DNA from: Octopus sinensis
Taxonomy: Eukaryota
NCBI RefSeq assembly: GCF_006345805.1
Contig: NC_042998.1
Span: 3,844,001-3,908,000, forward strand
DNA: 64,000 nucleotides
Reading direction: 5' to 3'
Position 1 is the first letter of the stretch; each line of letters begins with the position of its first letter. The notes under the pieces were generated by a model. The model was not told the origin of the DNA, ran no database searches, and saw only the letters and a list, made by a program, of their open reading frames with translations. The position numbers and the translations under genes were made by a program. Positions 1 to 12,748 of this stretch are shown piece after piece.

Positions 1-1129
1 TACTCCTTTTTGGATGTTATATTAATACACATTACTTGAAATTTCAGGGTTGCTGTTTAAGTTTTAGCTTTTGTAACTTCTCTGGACAGTGCTTGACAAA
101 TTATGGAGAAGAGTATATGAATTAGTGAATGCTTGTTCACAAATGAAGAATAAAAATTCTTCCAGATATTTCTGTCAATATTTATTGGGGAATTTCCAAA
201 TATCAACTGCTTAAAATCATATCCACATCTTAGTTTTGCCATACAGTGAAAGATCATTAATAAAAAAAATAATTAAAAAATTCAGATTTTCATTAACTTG
301 AGGATGGCTTAAACAATAATCTCATTCCTGTTTGGTGTGTTTCTCACATATAATCCTGGAAAACATGAAAACCTGTTTTGCGACTGAATAAACATATAAT
401 TCATGCTTGACAAAAAATAAAAAAATTGAAAATTGAATAAATCAATGATTCATACATTTTTTAACACTTTTTGGCAATCAATCAAATCACAGTGACTTAT
501 CATATTTCAAAGAGTTAATGAGCATTTTTACTTGTACATAGTCACGCTGCTTTTTTCTATTGTTTTGAATAATCAACAGTATGAAGCTCACACAAATCAC
601 CCTAGGAGCTCCATTTGCTAACAACAGTGAAAGTGTGTGCATGTGATGGTGTATATATATATATATTTACTTATATGTATATATATATATATATATACTT
701 ATATGTGTATATATATATATATATATTACATTAGATATAATTTAAAATTATATATGTAATCAACATGATGGACTCTCCTCCCATCAAAGACAACATATGA
801 ATGTTCAGCTTTTGCTGAACAACTTGCACAAAGGGTTTGTTTATAATGATCAAACACATGTGCCATACATTAGCTCACTCCGTCCATCAAATCAACATTG
901 CCTGAACTGAACAGGTGCACAGTGTACCTCGTGTCAGGTGTCAAAGTGATTGCAGAGCAACATGAGACAAAGCATTTTGCTCCAGAACACAATGCACCAC
1001 CTGGTCTAAGAATTGAAACCATGATCTTCCGATCATGAGTGCGACATTCTAACCACTAGGCCATGATTCCTCACATAAACAATATATACATATATCATTA
1101 TATATGTGTGTATATGCATAATCACAAAT

Positions 1130-1166
<37 letters not shown>

Positions 1167-1518
1167 ACACACACACACACATCATGATCATGATCATGTA
1201 TGTTGTTAGAAGTGATTAAAAGGTTTAGAAACAGGAAGGGAATCAAACCATAAAAGAGTTTCTCAAACAATTCCTCCAACCCCTGTCAATATGGATAAGT
1301 TTGACAATGACATTCATAGATACGTAAACTGAGAATAGTTGTTCCAAGCATATTTCATGTCATACCTGTGTGCAAGTTTAAACATATTTATTGTGGAGTT
1401 TTAATATTTCTGTATTAGTTCTTTATGATTAGTTTAGTCTAATATATCTGGGTATAATGTGAGGGTAATTTCTCTATTAATTCTAGTAGATCAGGTGTCA
1501 ATATAGAGGCTTCATTAA

Positions 1519-1860
1519 AGGCACATGGTGCAGTGGTCAGAGTGTTGAGCCCACAATCATGAGATAGTGAGTTTGATTCCTGGACCAGGTTGTGTCTTGT
1601 GTTCTTGAGCAAGACACTTTATTTTCATGTTGCTCTAGTTCACTCAGCTGTAGAAATGAGTTGTGATGTCACTGGTGCCTAGCTGCATTGGCATTTGCCT
1701 TTCCCTTGGATGACATCAGTAGTGTGGAGATAGGAGGCTAGTATGCATGGACGTCTGATAGTCTTCCACGAACAACCTTGCCTAGACTTGTGCCTCAGAG
1801 GGTAACTTTCTAGGTGCAATCCCATGGTCATTCATGACTAAAGGGGGTCTTTATTCTTTT
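1519..1860 (+). mobile_element. tRNA-derived SINE family C
   Basis: GGCACATGG.GCAGTGGT.AGAG (A box)...GAGTTTGATTCC (B box). Body shared with 12749-13445 and 26775-27105. Confidence 0.8.
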
Positions 1861-1943
1861 ATCCTTTTGTTGGCATACATCTTTGGTAAATCCCAATGAA
1901 AGACCAAGAATTATTTTCAACCTTTTCTGGTTTACTGCTTCAT

Positions 1944-2240
1944 TCTTCTTCTTGTCTTGAGACAGCATTCACCCGGGGTGGGTTGAGCTGGCTTCATTCA
2001 TCCTCAATGCTGCATCTCTCTCAAACGCCAACCAGGCCTGGCAATTTGAGGCTAATGACCGCATGATCTCCAACCACTCCCTATTCTAGCGGCGAATGCC
2101 ATAGACATGGGGGCCTAGGTTGGGTTCCAGATCAACCTTGACTGTCATCAGCCAGGTTTTTCATTGTCCACCACATCGCCTTCGCTAACCCTTCGCCTTC
2201 ATTGGCATAACACTTTGTCTCTCTTGCCCTTTAATCATAT
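1944..2240 (-). mobile_element. 3' end of a second RTE-like LINE family
   Basis: The minus strand reads as an ORF end (...KTWLMTVKVDLEP...REWLEIM...EASSTHPG*) followed by a CAAGA/AAG tail. 25 of 30 nt match the 3' end of the element at 13004-13393. Confidence 0.65.
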
Positions 2241-2589
2241 CGCATTACTTAGAAGAAAGACATACACAATGTCACCTTTAAGATACTTTTATTCAGAACT
2301 AATATCTATATTTGGCCTTGTCATTTATTTTTATCTAAAATAAATAAAATAACATGATTTCACTATATTTTGGATTAAATTGCCTTTAAGAAGATGCTGA
2401 TAAACTTTGATTAATCCTGGGATGTTGATTAACTCAATAGTTGAATCAAAGCAATTATGTTTTTAGAAAATATCAGAAAAATCAGATTATAGCTTACAAT
2501 CAACTTGTAAAGATGTACATCTATGTAAAATGTTAGCTACCTTGGTGCAAAACTATAGCCTATAGTTTGGAACATGTATGTACATATAT

Positions 2590-4745
2590 ATCATCATTTA
2601 ACCCTTTCGTTACTGTATTTATTTTGAGATGCTCTGTATTTCTTCAAATTATTTAAATATAACAAAGACTTTAGTAAAATAATTTCGTTATCATTAAGCT
2701 AGTGCTAGGAACATAAATTGTGACTAAGGTTTGGTGGAAGATTTTAATTCAAAACTTATGAAAACAAGACATTTGTACGCCAGAGCCAGTTTCAGCCGGG
2801 TTGGTATCAAAAGGGTTAATGTCTGTTTTCCTGGCATGGTTTAGACAGTTTGACAGAAGTTGATAAGGCTAGGGGTAGCACCAGGTTACATTGTCCATTC
2901 TGGTATGGTTTCTATGGCTGAATGCCCTTCCTAATTCCAACCACTTCATGGAGTGTATTGGGTACTTTTTATGTGGCACCAGAACCACTGCTTTTAATGT
3001 GGCACCAGCATGAGTGATTTTTATGTGATATCAGCACCAGTATCAATTCTGCAGTGGTGGACATGTCTTCTCGAGTACAGCAAGGTGCTAGATATCTCAG
3101 TTTTTTATCATCTCCTTTGTAAAGCTCAGTGTCTTGAGATCAGCCTTCAATACTTCATCCCATGTCTTCCTGGGTTTCCCTCTTCCACAAGTTCCATCTA
3201 CTTTAAGTGATTGGCACTTCTGTCTACATCACATGACCAAACCAGTGCTGTCTTCTCTCAAGCATATTGCATCTAATTTCTCCTATGTGCAACTTTTCTT
3301 CCAACACACTAACACTCTGTTACACACGTACATTTGTATTGCACATCTAGCAGAGTATACTCACTTCATTCCTCTCTAGTCTTCACATGTCTTCTGCATT
3401 CAGGGCCCATGTCTCACTACCATGTAGCATTGCTGTTCATATGCATACATCATACAATCCTCCTTTCACTCAGAGAGAGAGAGAGAGAGAGAGAGCTCTT
3501 TGGTTGCCAACAGAGGTAGAAATTTTCCATCCTATTTGAATTCTAGTGATTACACTTTCTATTCATCCTCCCCAACAGCTAATTAGGTCCTCTAGGTAGC
3601 AGAAACTATCCACACCCTCTAAAGAGCATCTGGAACATTTGAAAAAATTGATTTCATGAGCATCTGTAGCTTTTATGGTCTCTGTGCATCTTCCATATAC
3701 AAACACTACTTTCTCTGATAGTCTTCCTATTATTTCTCTACACTCTTGCGTGTTCATAAATTGCTCTGGGTACACCTTACAGAGTTCTTGCTAATACCTT
3801 TCCTACATATCAAGCAGGGCCATTTACCTGATGGGAGAAGGGTCCTGTCTGCTTCTGCCTTACTAAAACCTTAGTCTTTGCTATGATAACCTTAAAGCCC
3901 CAGATTTTGCTTCTACACCTGAAATTTCTTTCCTACGAGTAGTTCTGTTACAGAATCTGCTATGAGAGTAAGATCATCAACATGTAGCAGTTCCCAGGGG
4001 AAGGTGGTCTTGAATTCCTCTGTTATAGCCTGGAGGACAATGATGACTGAGAACCAAGCACTGATGAACACTTCCCTCTACACTAAATTAACACGTGGTT
4101 AAATCTCATCTTATGTGACAGAACCTTTGTGCATGGCTTGTATGGCTTTTAGAAGCCACTCATCTACCCCCAGCTTTCTCAGAGCCCACCATATCATTCA
4201 GTGAGATACTCTATCAAAAGCTTTCTCCAAGTCATCAAACTCCAAGTACAATGTACATTATTTACATTCGACGGGTATATTTGTCCTCATCTTGTTTGTT
4301 GTTAACAATGTAAATAATGTACATAATTCCTCATCTCTTAAATATAAATCTGCATTATCCAAGTACAATGGTTTATTCTTAACCAAATACTTCTCCTGCA
4401 GTTGTCTCACTATAAACATAACATCAGTAGTGCTTCTCTCCAGCACAATGTCAAGTTGTATTTCATCTAATCCTGTTTCTGATTCATTGGGCAATAGCTC
4501 TTCCCATAACTTCCATCACTTGGTCCAGTAATTTGATGTCTCTGTAATTCCATCTAGCTCCCTTATCTTTGTAGTAGCTGTCTATAATGCTGCTACACTA
4601 GTCAGGGATGACACCTTCCTGGATAACTCGATTAACTATGCTAGTGACAAGGCTATATTCTGTTCCATCAGATATTTTAAGGGTATCAGCAGTGACACCC
4701 AATGAACCAAAGTCTTTCTCTGTCTTCATATCCTTAGCTAAATTT
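2590..4745 (-). mobile_element. 5'-truncated, degenerate RTE-clade LINE (RT region plus 3' UTR)
   Basis: Minus-strand remnants include NYRDIKLLDQV, RSTTDVMFIVRQLQEKYL, PWELLHVDDL, FCYLEDLIS and MLHGSETWALN, with frameshifts and stops. The 3' UTR ends in a (GAT)n tail. Interrupted by a MITE (2602-2815), a (GA)n run and a 104-bp insert (4254-4357). Confidence 0.9.
2602..2815. mobile_element. piggyBac-type MITE, family 1
   Basis: TTAA|CCCTTTCG...CAAAAGGG|TTAA: TTAA duplication and CCC/GGG termini. Inserted into the TTAA of the RTE 3' tail. Confidence 0.8.
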
Positions 4746-4948
4746 GGTGTAGTTAAATATTTACAGAAAAAGATTTAGTAAGCGTACAACTATATATATA
4801 TATATATATTCATATAAGCACAAATACACAAACACACATATGTACATAAATGCATGTATATATATATATATATATATATAAGTTCATATACATATGTGCA
4901 CATATTTATAAATGTATAAATATATAATACAAATCTACACATGCATGC

Positions 4949-4994
<46 letters not shown>

Positions 4995-4995
<1 letters not shown>

Positions 4996-5397
4996 TTAGG
5001 TGTCTCAACCATTTGATTGTGCCCATGCTGGAGCACTGCCTTTAGTTGAACAAATCGACCCCAGGACTTATTTGTTGTAACCGTAGTTCTTATTTTATTA
5101 GCCTCTTTTTCTGAACCTTTAAATTACGGGTACATAAACACACCAACATCGGTTGTCAAGTGATGGTGGGGGACAAACACAGCCACACAAGTACACACAC
5201 ACACACACATATATACATACATATATATATATACGACAGGCTTCTTTTAGTTTCTGTCTACCAAATCCACTCACAAGGCTTTGGTCAGCTCAAGGCTGTA
5301 GTAGAAGACACTTGCCCAAGGTGCCATGCAGTGGGACTGAACCCGGAACCATCTGGTTGGGAAGTGAGCTTCTTGCCACACAGCTACTCCTGTGCCT
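4995..5397 (-). mobile_element. tRNA-derived SINE family A
   Basis: Family consensus: head GGCGCAGGAGTGGCTGTGTGGTAAG (A box)...GGTTCAGTCCC (B box), internal TA/TG microsatellite, AAAAGAGT tail. More than 12 copies in the window. Confidence 0.85.
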
Positions 5398-5643
5398 TAT
5401 AAATATATATAAGTGCAACTACATGCATGCACACATGTATGTGTATAGGTGTGTGTATGTGTGTATACATACATATATGTACATGCACATATATTTCATG
5501 CATAAATCTCTGAAGGTCCTTTTATCTTAATTGTATATCTGCATCACTACATACATATATATATATATATATAATGCTTGTGTTTGTATATATATATATA
5601 TATACATATAATGCTTGTGTTTGTATATATATATATATATATA

Positions 5644-5820
5644 TGTGGCACGTAAAAAGCACCCACTACACTCACGGAGTGGTTGGCGTTAGGAAGGGCA
5701 TCCAGCCGTAGAAACACTGCCAGATTTGACTGGGCCTGATGAAGCCTTCTGGCTTCACAGACCCCAGTAGAACCGTCCAACCCATGCTAGCATGGAAAAC
5801 GGACGCTAAATGATGATGAT
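5644..5820 (+). mobile_element. RTE 3'-UTR fragment
   Basis: TGGCACGTAAAAAGCACC...TAGGAAGGGCATCCAGC...(GAT)n. Homologous to the 3' end of the RTE at 2590-4745. Confidence 0.75.
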
Positions 5821-5860
5821 GTATGTATATATATATATATATATATATAATGCTTGTGTT

Positions 5861-5910
<50 letters not shown>

Positions 5911-6099
5911 TAATGCTTGTGTTTATGTATATATATATAAAATACAAAATGGGACAAGAACACAAAACATCTGGACATGTGTGTATGTGTGTGTATATAT
6001 ATACATTTATATGTGCACATATATATACATATGCTTCAAATGTTTATGTATATGTGCATTTCCATTTTATGTATATATATGTACATACACGTGTGTGTG

Positions 6100-6137
<38 letters not shown>

Positions 6138-6599
6138 TGTGGGTGTTTGTTTATGTATGTGGGAGCCTGTATGGGAAAAGGGAAAAGAAAGGCTCATAAT
6201 AAGTTAGTTGGCAATTGATCAGAAATCTACTGAGATATTAGTGAAAACCAAAACCTTTTGATACTTTCAGATCAACACTTCTTCAAAGGGATGTCACTGG
6301 CAAGTTTGTTGCCATAATGGCTATCTTGTGGGTAGGGAGGTGCTTCTGTGTCTGCCTTTGTTAGAATCAGTTCTGCATATTGACTAGAGATGGTGCAAGA
6401 ACAAGCTGGATCTTACCTGCTGTTTGTGCATGTGCAGGTGAGCATGCATGCTTGTGTGTGTGCATGTGTATGTATATGCACATGTGGTATGAGAGGCAAG
6501 AAGTGTGTTGTTGCTGATGGCAGCTAGAAGGACACATACCAAAGTGATGAGAGAAGAATTATGGTGGCAATTGTAATCAGTCATGAAAATAGCACTGAT

Positions 6600-7310
6600 A
6601 ATGGCAGTGAAAGAAAGTGATGGAGATGATGACAATTTAGCATTGATGACGACGATGATGATAATGATGTTGATAATGACGACAATAATGATAATGATGT
6701 CGATGATGATGTTAATAATTATGAAAGTGATGGTGGTGATAATTATGATGAAGTTGGTCGTAGTGATATTGACTAAGATGACAAATAGTGATGCTGCTGG
6801 ACATGATGTAAATAGTGATTGTGATGGTGGAGTAAAGTAGGAAAAGGATAAATGATGGTGATTATGATAGCAATAATAATGACGATGATGATGATGATGA
6901 CGATGATCATCATTTTAATGATGCAGGTAATCTTAGTGTACTAGTGATTATTAAACATTTTTGTTATGTTACCGCTAGTGGTGACAATTATGATGAGCAT
7001 GAGGTCATTAGAATAAATGTGATAGTTCTGTAAACATCTTGATTGTTATTCTCAGAATGGTAGATAAAAGAGAAGAAGAGGAGGAGGAGGAAGAGCTATT
7101 GATAAAGTGGTGGAGAGGAAGAAATTCTCATCACCAAGCTTTCAGTTGCTGGGAACTGTAAATCTGATATTATAACAAGTGTTGTCAGGTAGTTCAGTGA
7201 GATTCTGATTATAAGTACACGTATGATGATGGTGGTGGTGATGATGGTGGTGGTCCTGATGATGGTGGTGGTGGTAATGGTAGCAGAGGGATGGATGTAA
7301 GGGAGTGATG
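6600..7310. repeat. GAT/GGT/GAG trinucleotide low-complexity tract
   Basis: Directly visible. It explains the Met/Ile-rich and His-rich pseudo-ORFs. Confidence 0.85.
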
Positions 7311-7449
7311 GGTGATGAATGAAAGGACATGGATTAGGCTTGTGTGATTAATTGTGGTGATAGAAGTAATGTTGGTGTTGATGTGGGATTAAATACGGTA
7401 GTGGTCAAGATGGTGGATTAGAGGAATCTGTTAAGCTGGCACATTAAAT

Positions 7450-7590
7450 CATCATCATCATCATTTAATGTCCGCTTTCCATGCTAGCATGGGTTGGACG
7501 GTTCAACTGGGGTCTGGGAAGCCCAAAGGCTGCACCAGGCCCAGTCTGATCTGGCAGTGTTTCTACAGCTGGTTGCCCTTCCTAACGCCA
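7450..7590 (-). mobile_element. RTE 3'-UTR fragment with 7-bp TSD
   Basis: ATTAAAT at 7443-7449 and 7591-7597. The paralogous empty site is at about 7995. Confidence 0.85.
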
Positions 7591-8214
7591 ATTAAATGGC
7601 TTAATGTATTTGGTTACACTCTTTAATAAATGCGTTCAAGATCAACATTATCTTTTTCTCATTCTGGGTCAAGAATATGAAATACCAGTTATATACTGGG
7701 AGTGGACATACTTATAATCTACTGCAGTAGATAGATATAAACAGGGCAAATTTAACTATTTCTCTGTAAATTGAAAAAAAATCACTTTCAAACCTTATTG
7801 AGTTCTTATCAGGGGTGTCTATGTCGTTTTCACCAATCCCAGAGAAATAAGGGGCCAGTGTGTTTATATACACAGCAAACCCAATGACTTCAGAAAACTG
7901 GAGTTATTAATTTCCATGCTGTATGTTGGTGTTGATGAGAGATTAAATACGACAGTGGTCAGGATGGTGGATTAGAGGAATCTGTTAAGCTGGCACATTA
8001 AATGGCTTAATGTATTTAGTTACTCTCTTTCATAAATGAGTTCAAAAATCAACATTCTCTTTTTCTCATTCTGGGTCAAGAATACAAAATACCAGTTAAA
8101 TACTGGGGTGACATACTTGTAATCTACTGCTTCCTTTCCCCTCTAAATATTTATGGACTTCAACTGTTGGAAATAATCAGCTGTCAGAAAGAGATTGGCT
8201 CTTTATACTCTCTC

Positions 8215-8580
8215 TCTTTTTACTCTTTTACTTGTTTCAGTCATTTGACTGTGGCCATGCTGGAGCACCGTCTTTAGTCAAGTAAATCGACCCCAGTACT
8301 TATTCTATCGTTTTTTTTTGCTGAACTGCTAAGTTACAGGGGCATAAACACACCGGCATTGGTTGTCAAGTGATGTTGGGGGACAAACACAGACACACAC
8401 ACACATACATATACATACATATATACGATTGGCTTCTTTCAGTTTCTGTCTACCAAATCTACTCACAAGGCTTTGGTTGGCCCGAAGCTATAGTAGAAGA
8501 CCCTTTCCCAAGGTGCCACGCAGTGGGAATGAACCCGAAACCATGTGGTTGGTAAGCAAGCTACTTACCACACAGCCACT

Positions 8581-8584
<4 letters not shown>
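8215..8584 (-). mobile_element. SINE family A
   Basis: Collinear match to the other family A copies. Confidence 0.85.
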
Positions 8585-8628
<44 letters not shown>

Positions 8629-9268
8629 TATATATATACATACATACATATATATTCCAAGAAACCTTTATAGTCCACTGCAGGACACACAGAATTACCC
8701 AAGTGACTAACAGCTTATAGTAAGTAGACACAGACATTGGATACTGATCATTGTCGTTAACTGGCATCTGGAACCCAACTGAGAGCTAACATGGTATCCA
8801 TCCAGATTATATATCCCTAAACTCACTTTTATATATGTGTGTGTGTCTTTGTGTTTGTTTTCCTACCACTGCTTGACAAGTGGTGTTAGTGTGTTTATGT
8901 CCCTGTAACTTAGCAGTTCCACAAAAAAGAAACCAATAGAATAAGTACTTGGTTTGACAAAATAAGTCCTGGGGTCGATTTGTTTGACTAAAGTAGTGCC
9001 CCAGCATGGCTGCAATCAAACAACTGAAACACATAAAAAAGTAAAAGGTAGTGTATCTAGGATTGTATTAACCAACGTGACCCTCCCTTTTTAAAAGAGG
9101 AGCATTGGATTCAATGATGACTCTGCTGCTATCTTTAGCAGACTATAGATGCTTCCTCACTGATTCATCACTGTGGTATTATTGTTTGTTGGTGATGGTA
9201 TGGGAATGGTGGAAATAATATTAATGCCATTGTTGCTGATAGTATGGAAATGGTAGAATTACTAATAA

Positions 9269-9608
9269 CCCTTTTTAGCATTTAAACCGGCCACATCCAA
9301 CCCAAATATTCTATCTGTTTTATGTGTAAATTGACCAGATCTGACTCCTCAGACCTAGCCTACAATGTCATGAAAATAAACAATCACATCATTGGAAACT
9401 TGAAGGGACAAGATAATGCATGATTAAAATTAAAAATACGTAGGCACAGGAGTGGCTGTGTGGTAAGTAGCTTGCTTCCAAACCACATGGTTCCAGGTTC
9501 AGTCCCACTGCATGTCACCTTGGGCAAGTGTCTTCTACTATAGCCTCAGGCTGTCCAAAGCCTTGTGAGTGGATTTGGTAGACGGAAACTGAAAGAAGCC
9601 CGTCGTAT

Positions 9609-9660
<52 letters not shown>

Positions 9661-9925
9661 ATGTTTGTATGTCAGTGTTTGTCCCCCCAAAATCGCTTGA
9701 CAACCGATGGTGGTGTGTTTACGCTCCTGTAATTTAGCATTTCAGCTAAAGTGTCCGATAGAATAAGTACTAGGCTTCCAAAGAATAAATCCTGGGGTCG
9801 ATTTGCTCGACCAAAAGGCGGTGCTCCAGCATGGCCGAAGTCAAATGACTGAAACAAGTAAAAGAGTAAAAAGGGCAAGAGTAAATAAGCATTGCATTTG
9901 ATAGAGTAATCTGAATGCTAATGGG
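9269..9925. mobile_element. piggyBac-type MITE, family 2, split by a SINE
   Basis: Imperfect termini CCCTTTTTAGCATT...AATGCTAATGGG with degenerate TTAA flanks. SINE A inserted at 9442-9880. Confidence 0.55.
9442..9880 (+). mobile_element. SINE family A (inside piggyBac-type MITE family 2)
   Basis: Full-length match. The flanks rejoin into the MITE. Confidence 0.85.
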
Positions 9926-10499
9926 TCAATGGTATTGTTGGGTGATGGTATAATTGATAGTGCTAGAAGTGTAGCACATAGTATTGTTAATGATGGCATG
10001 GTAGTAGAAGAACTCTGTTAACAGCAGTGTTAACCATGGCATCAGAGTGGTGAAAATGATATCAAGATTCTTGTTAAAATTGGTACGAATGTAGTTGTAG
10101 TAATGTTAACGGTATTGCTCTTCATAGTATCAATAACCAGAATACTGTTATTATAAGAAGTAATGTACATTTTTAGAAATAAATCTATTATGTGCGGGCA
10201 TGGCTGTGTGGTTAGGAAACTTATTTTACAACCACATGGTTTCAAGTTCAGTACCTGTGCATGGCACCTGGGGTAAGTATCCACTACTATAACCCTGGTA
10301 TTGGTTTGTTTATATCCCTGTAACTTAGTGGTTCAGCATGAGACCAGTGGAATAAATACTAGAGTTAGAAAAATAAGTAATGGAGTCTATTTGCTCAACT
10401 AAACCCTTCAAAGTAGGTGGTACCCTAGCATAGCTGCAGTTCAGTGACTGAAACAAGTAAAAGATAAAAAGTATGTTTACATGAACGTAGAAAGAATAT

Positions 10500-10802
10500 A
10501 GAGGAGGCACATGGCCTAGTGGTTAGAGCAGCGGATTCACGGTCGAGGAATCGCGGGTTCGAATCTCAGACTGGGCGATGTGTGTGTTTATGAGCAAAAC
10601 GCCTAAGCTCCATGCGGATCTGGCAGAGGGTAATGGCAAACTTCTGCTGACTCTTTCACCACAACTTTCCTCCTGCATCTAGCAGCTCACCTGCGACAGA
10701 CTGGTGTCCCTTCAGGTGGGGAACCTATAGGCCAAGGAAACTGGGAAACTGACCCTTATGAGCCTGGCGTGGCTCGAGAAGGAACAAACAACAACATATA
10801 TA
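10500..10802 (+). mobile_element. tRNA-derived SINE family D
   Basis: TGGCCTAGTGGTTAGAGC (A box), GGGTTCGAATC (B box) and an (ACA)n tail. 12-bp TSD TAGAAAGAATAT at 10488-10499 and 10803-10814. Confidence 0.8.
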
Positions 10803-11252
10803 TAGAAAGAATATCCTCTTGAGAGCTTTGCAAATATTTATATTCATAACAGTGGTGATATATATCTACAATTATGAAGGAATTATTTAACAAGGAATGC
10901 TCTTTTTAATCGATATAAATCCTATTAACTTCTGTAAATCTACTCTCCTTTTCCAGTCAGGTGCTATGTGTAATTATTTTATTCATGTAAGATTAAATGT
11001 TCAGTTTCTGATTATGCATTAGGTATTAAATGTTTAAACTTCAGTTCTTTTAATATGCAAACGTACACACTGATACATTGTCATTGCTGTTATTGTTGTT
11101 GGATAATCTCAGGTATCTCTTGTAGAGCAGGTCTTTGACATGAAGTTAATCAATTTAACGCTAAAGAAATACACAGATTCCGCACACTGGCTTTTTATTC
11201 TGCCTCACTAAAAACCATGCCATGCTTTGCACAAATGTAATTAATTCTGAGT

Positions 11253-11760
11253 CATCATCATCATCGTTTAATGTCCGTTTTCCGTGCTAGCACAGGTTGG
11301 ACGGTTCGACCGGGGAGGCGGCGAGCTGGCAGAAATGTTTGCAATCCGGGTGAAATGCGTAGCTGTATTTTGTCTGTCTTTATGTTCTGAGTTCAAATTC
11401 CGCCAAGGTCGACTTTGCCTTTCATCCTTTTGGGGTTGATAAATTAAGTACCAGTTACGCACTGGGGTCGATGTAATCAGCTTAATACCCTTGTCTGTCC
11501 TTGTTTGTCCCCTCTATGTTTAGCCCCTTGTGGGTAATAAAAGAAATAGGTTCAACCGGGGTCTGGGAAGCCAGGAGGCTGCACCAGGCTCCAGTCTGAT
11601 CTGGCAGTGTTTCTACAGCTGGATGCCCTTCCTAACGCCAACCACTCCGTGAATGTAGTGGGTGCTTTTTACGTGTCACTGGCATAGGTGCTAGGGGAGG
11701 CTGGCAGTGGCCACAATTAGTTGGTGCTTTTTATGTGCCACCGGCACAGGTATCACAACT
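11253..11760 (-). mobile_element. RTE 3'-UTR fragment split by SINE B
   Basis: The two halves rejoin across the SINE TSD. Confidence 0.8.
11316..11548 (+). mobile_element. tRNA-derived SINE family B inserted in an RTE 3' fragment
   Basis: Head GGCGGCGAGCTGGCAG...GAGTTCAAATTCC (B box) and tail AAAGAAATA. 13-bp TSD GGTTC(G/A)ACCGGGG at 11303-11315 and 11549-11561. Confidence 0.88.
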
Positions 11761-12748
11761 ACAATTTCCATTTGATATTTATTTTGATGTTGATGTACTT
11801 GACTCAATAGGTCTCCTCAAGCACAGCAGGTCACCCTACGAATATCATATATCTAGGTTTGTTGTAAAATAATTTGGCAATTAAAATCTCTATACAGTGA
11901 GGGTAATATAAGTGTAATAACTGAGGTATAATGATTTTAAACCGTTTATATCAGACCAGATTTATAATAGTGCTGATTATATTCAGGCTAATCTGTACTA
12001 CTATAGTCATACTAAAGATATCCAGTGTTTAGCATGTCTGATATAATTCTGATGGAAAAACAGGTAACAATATGATGTGACACAACTGAGTCAGTCAGAA
12101 GAGTTTGGTGGTTTAAGCACAATCGTATTATTGTTTGTAATATGAACAAAGGATGAATGTATGTATGACGTTAGTCAAATCTAATAATTTTACCAAAATT
12201 TAGAAAATTATATACTTTTCAAGACTATTTTTAATGCAAAACTTTAAAATATAATGCTTGTTCGTTTCTAAAGTTATCACCTCATTCAAAATTAGTAAAG
12301 CTTAAAAACATTAATAACGAATCCAGGTAATATATTCTTATTTATTTCTTTATTTGTTAATCTGGCAATTATTTTAATGATTGATAATTATTTTAATAAA
12401 TAATAATCTGGCAGTTATTTTACATCTTTGCAGTCAGTTATTGAAAACTCCCTATTCTATATAATGGAAAACTACAAATGATTCCAATAATGTGTTATCC
12501 ATATTAAATTGTGTTAACATATTGAACTAGAATAGTAATATGCCAAGGATGTCAGTCAATAGGAAGAAGATCTTAAAACCATTTGATTAATTGTGGGATG
12601 ACCTAAAAATAAGTGTAATGCTGTTTATTATTTTACAAGGCCTGTATCACACATACAAGCTTATATGTAATACACATACATAGAAAGATAGAAAACATAA
12701 GTAGAAGAACATCTGCCCAATGAGGAAACTAGTTTACTAGTTCTCTCA

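Noticed and set aside
5153-6218. Y/I/C/V-rich ORFs here and at 8363-8710, 20732-21184, 29627-30375, 32608-33057 and 58717-59052
   Set aside because: They are translations of (TA)n/(TG)n microsatellites and SINE A bodies.
10500-10575. tRNA-like sequence with A and B boxes
   Set aside because: It is the head of a SINE (continues into a body and tail, flanked by a TSD), with no complete cloverleaf. The same applies to the family A, B and C heads.
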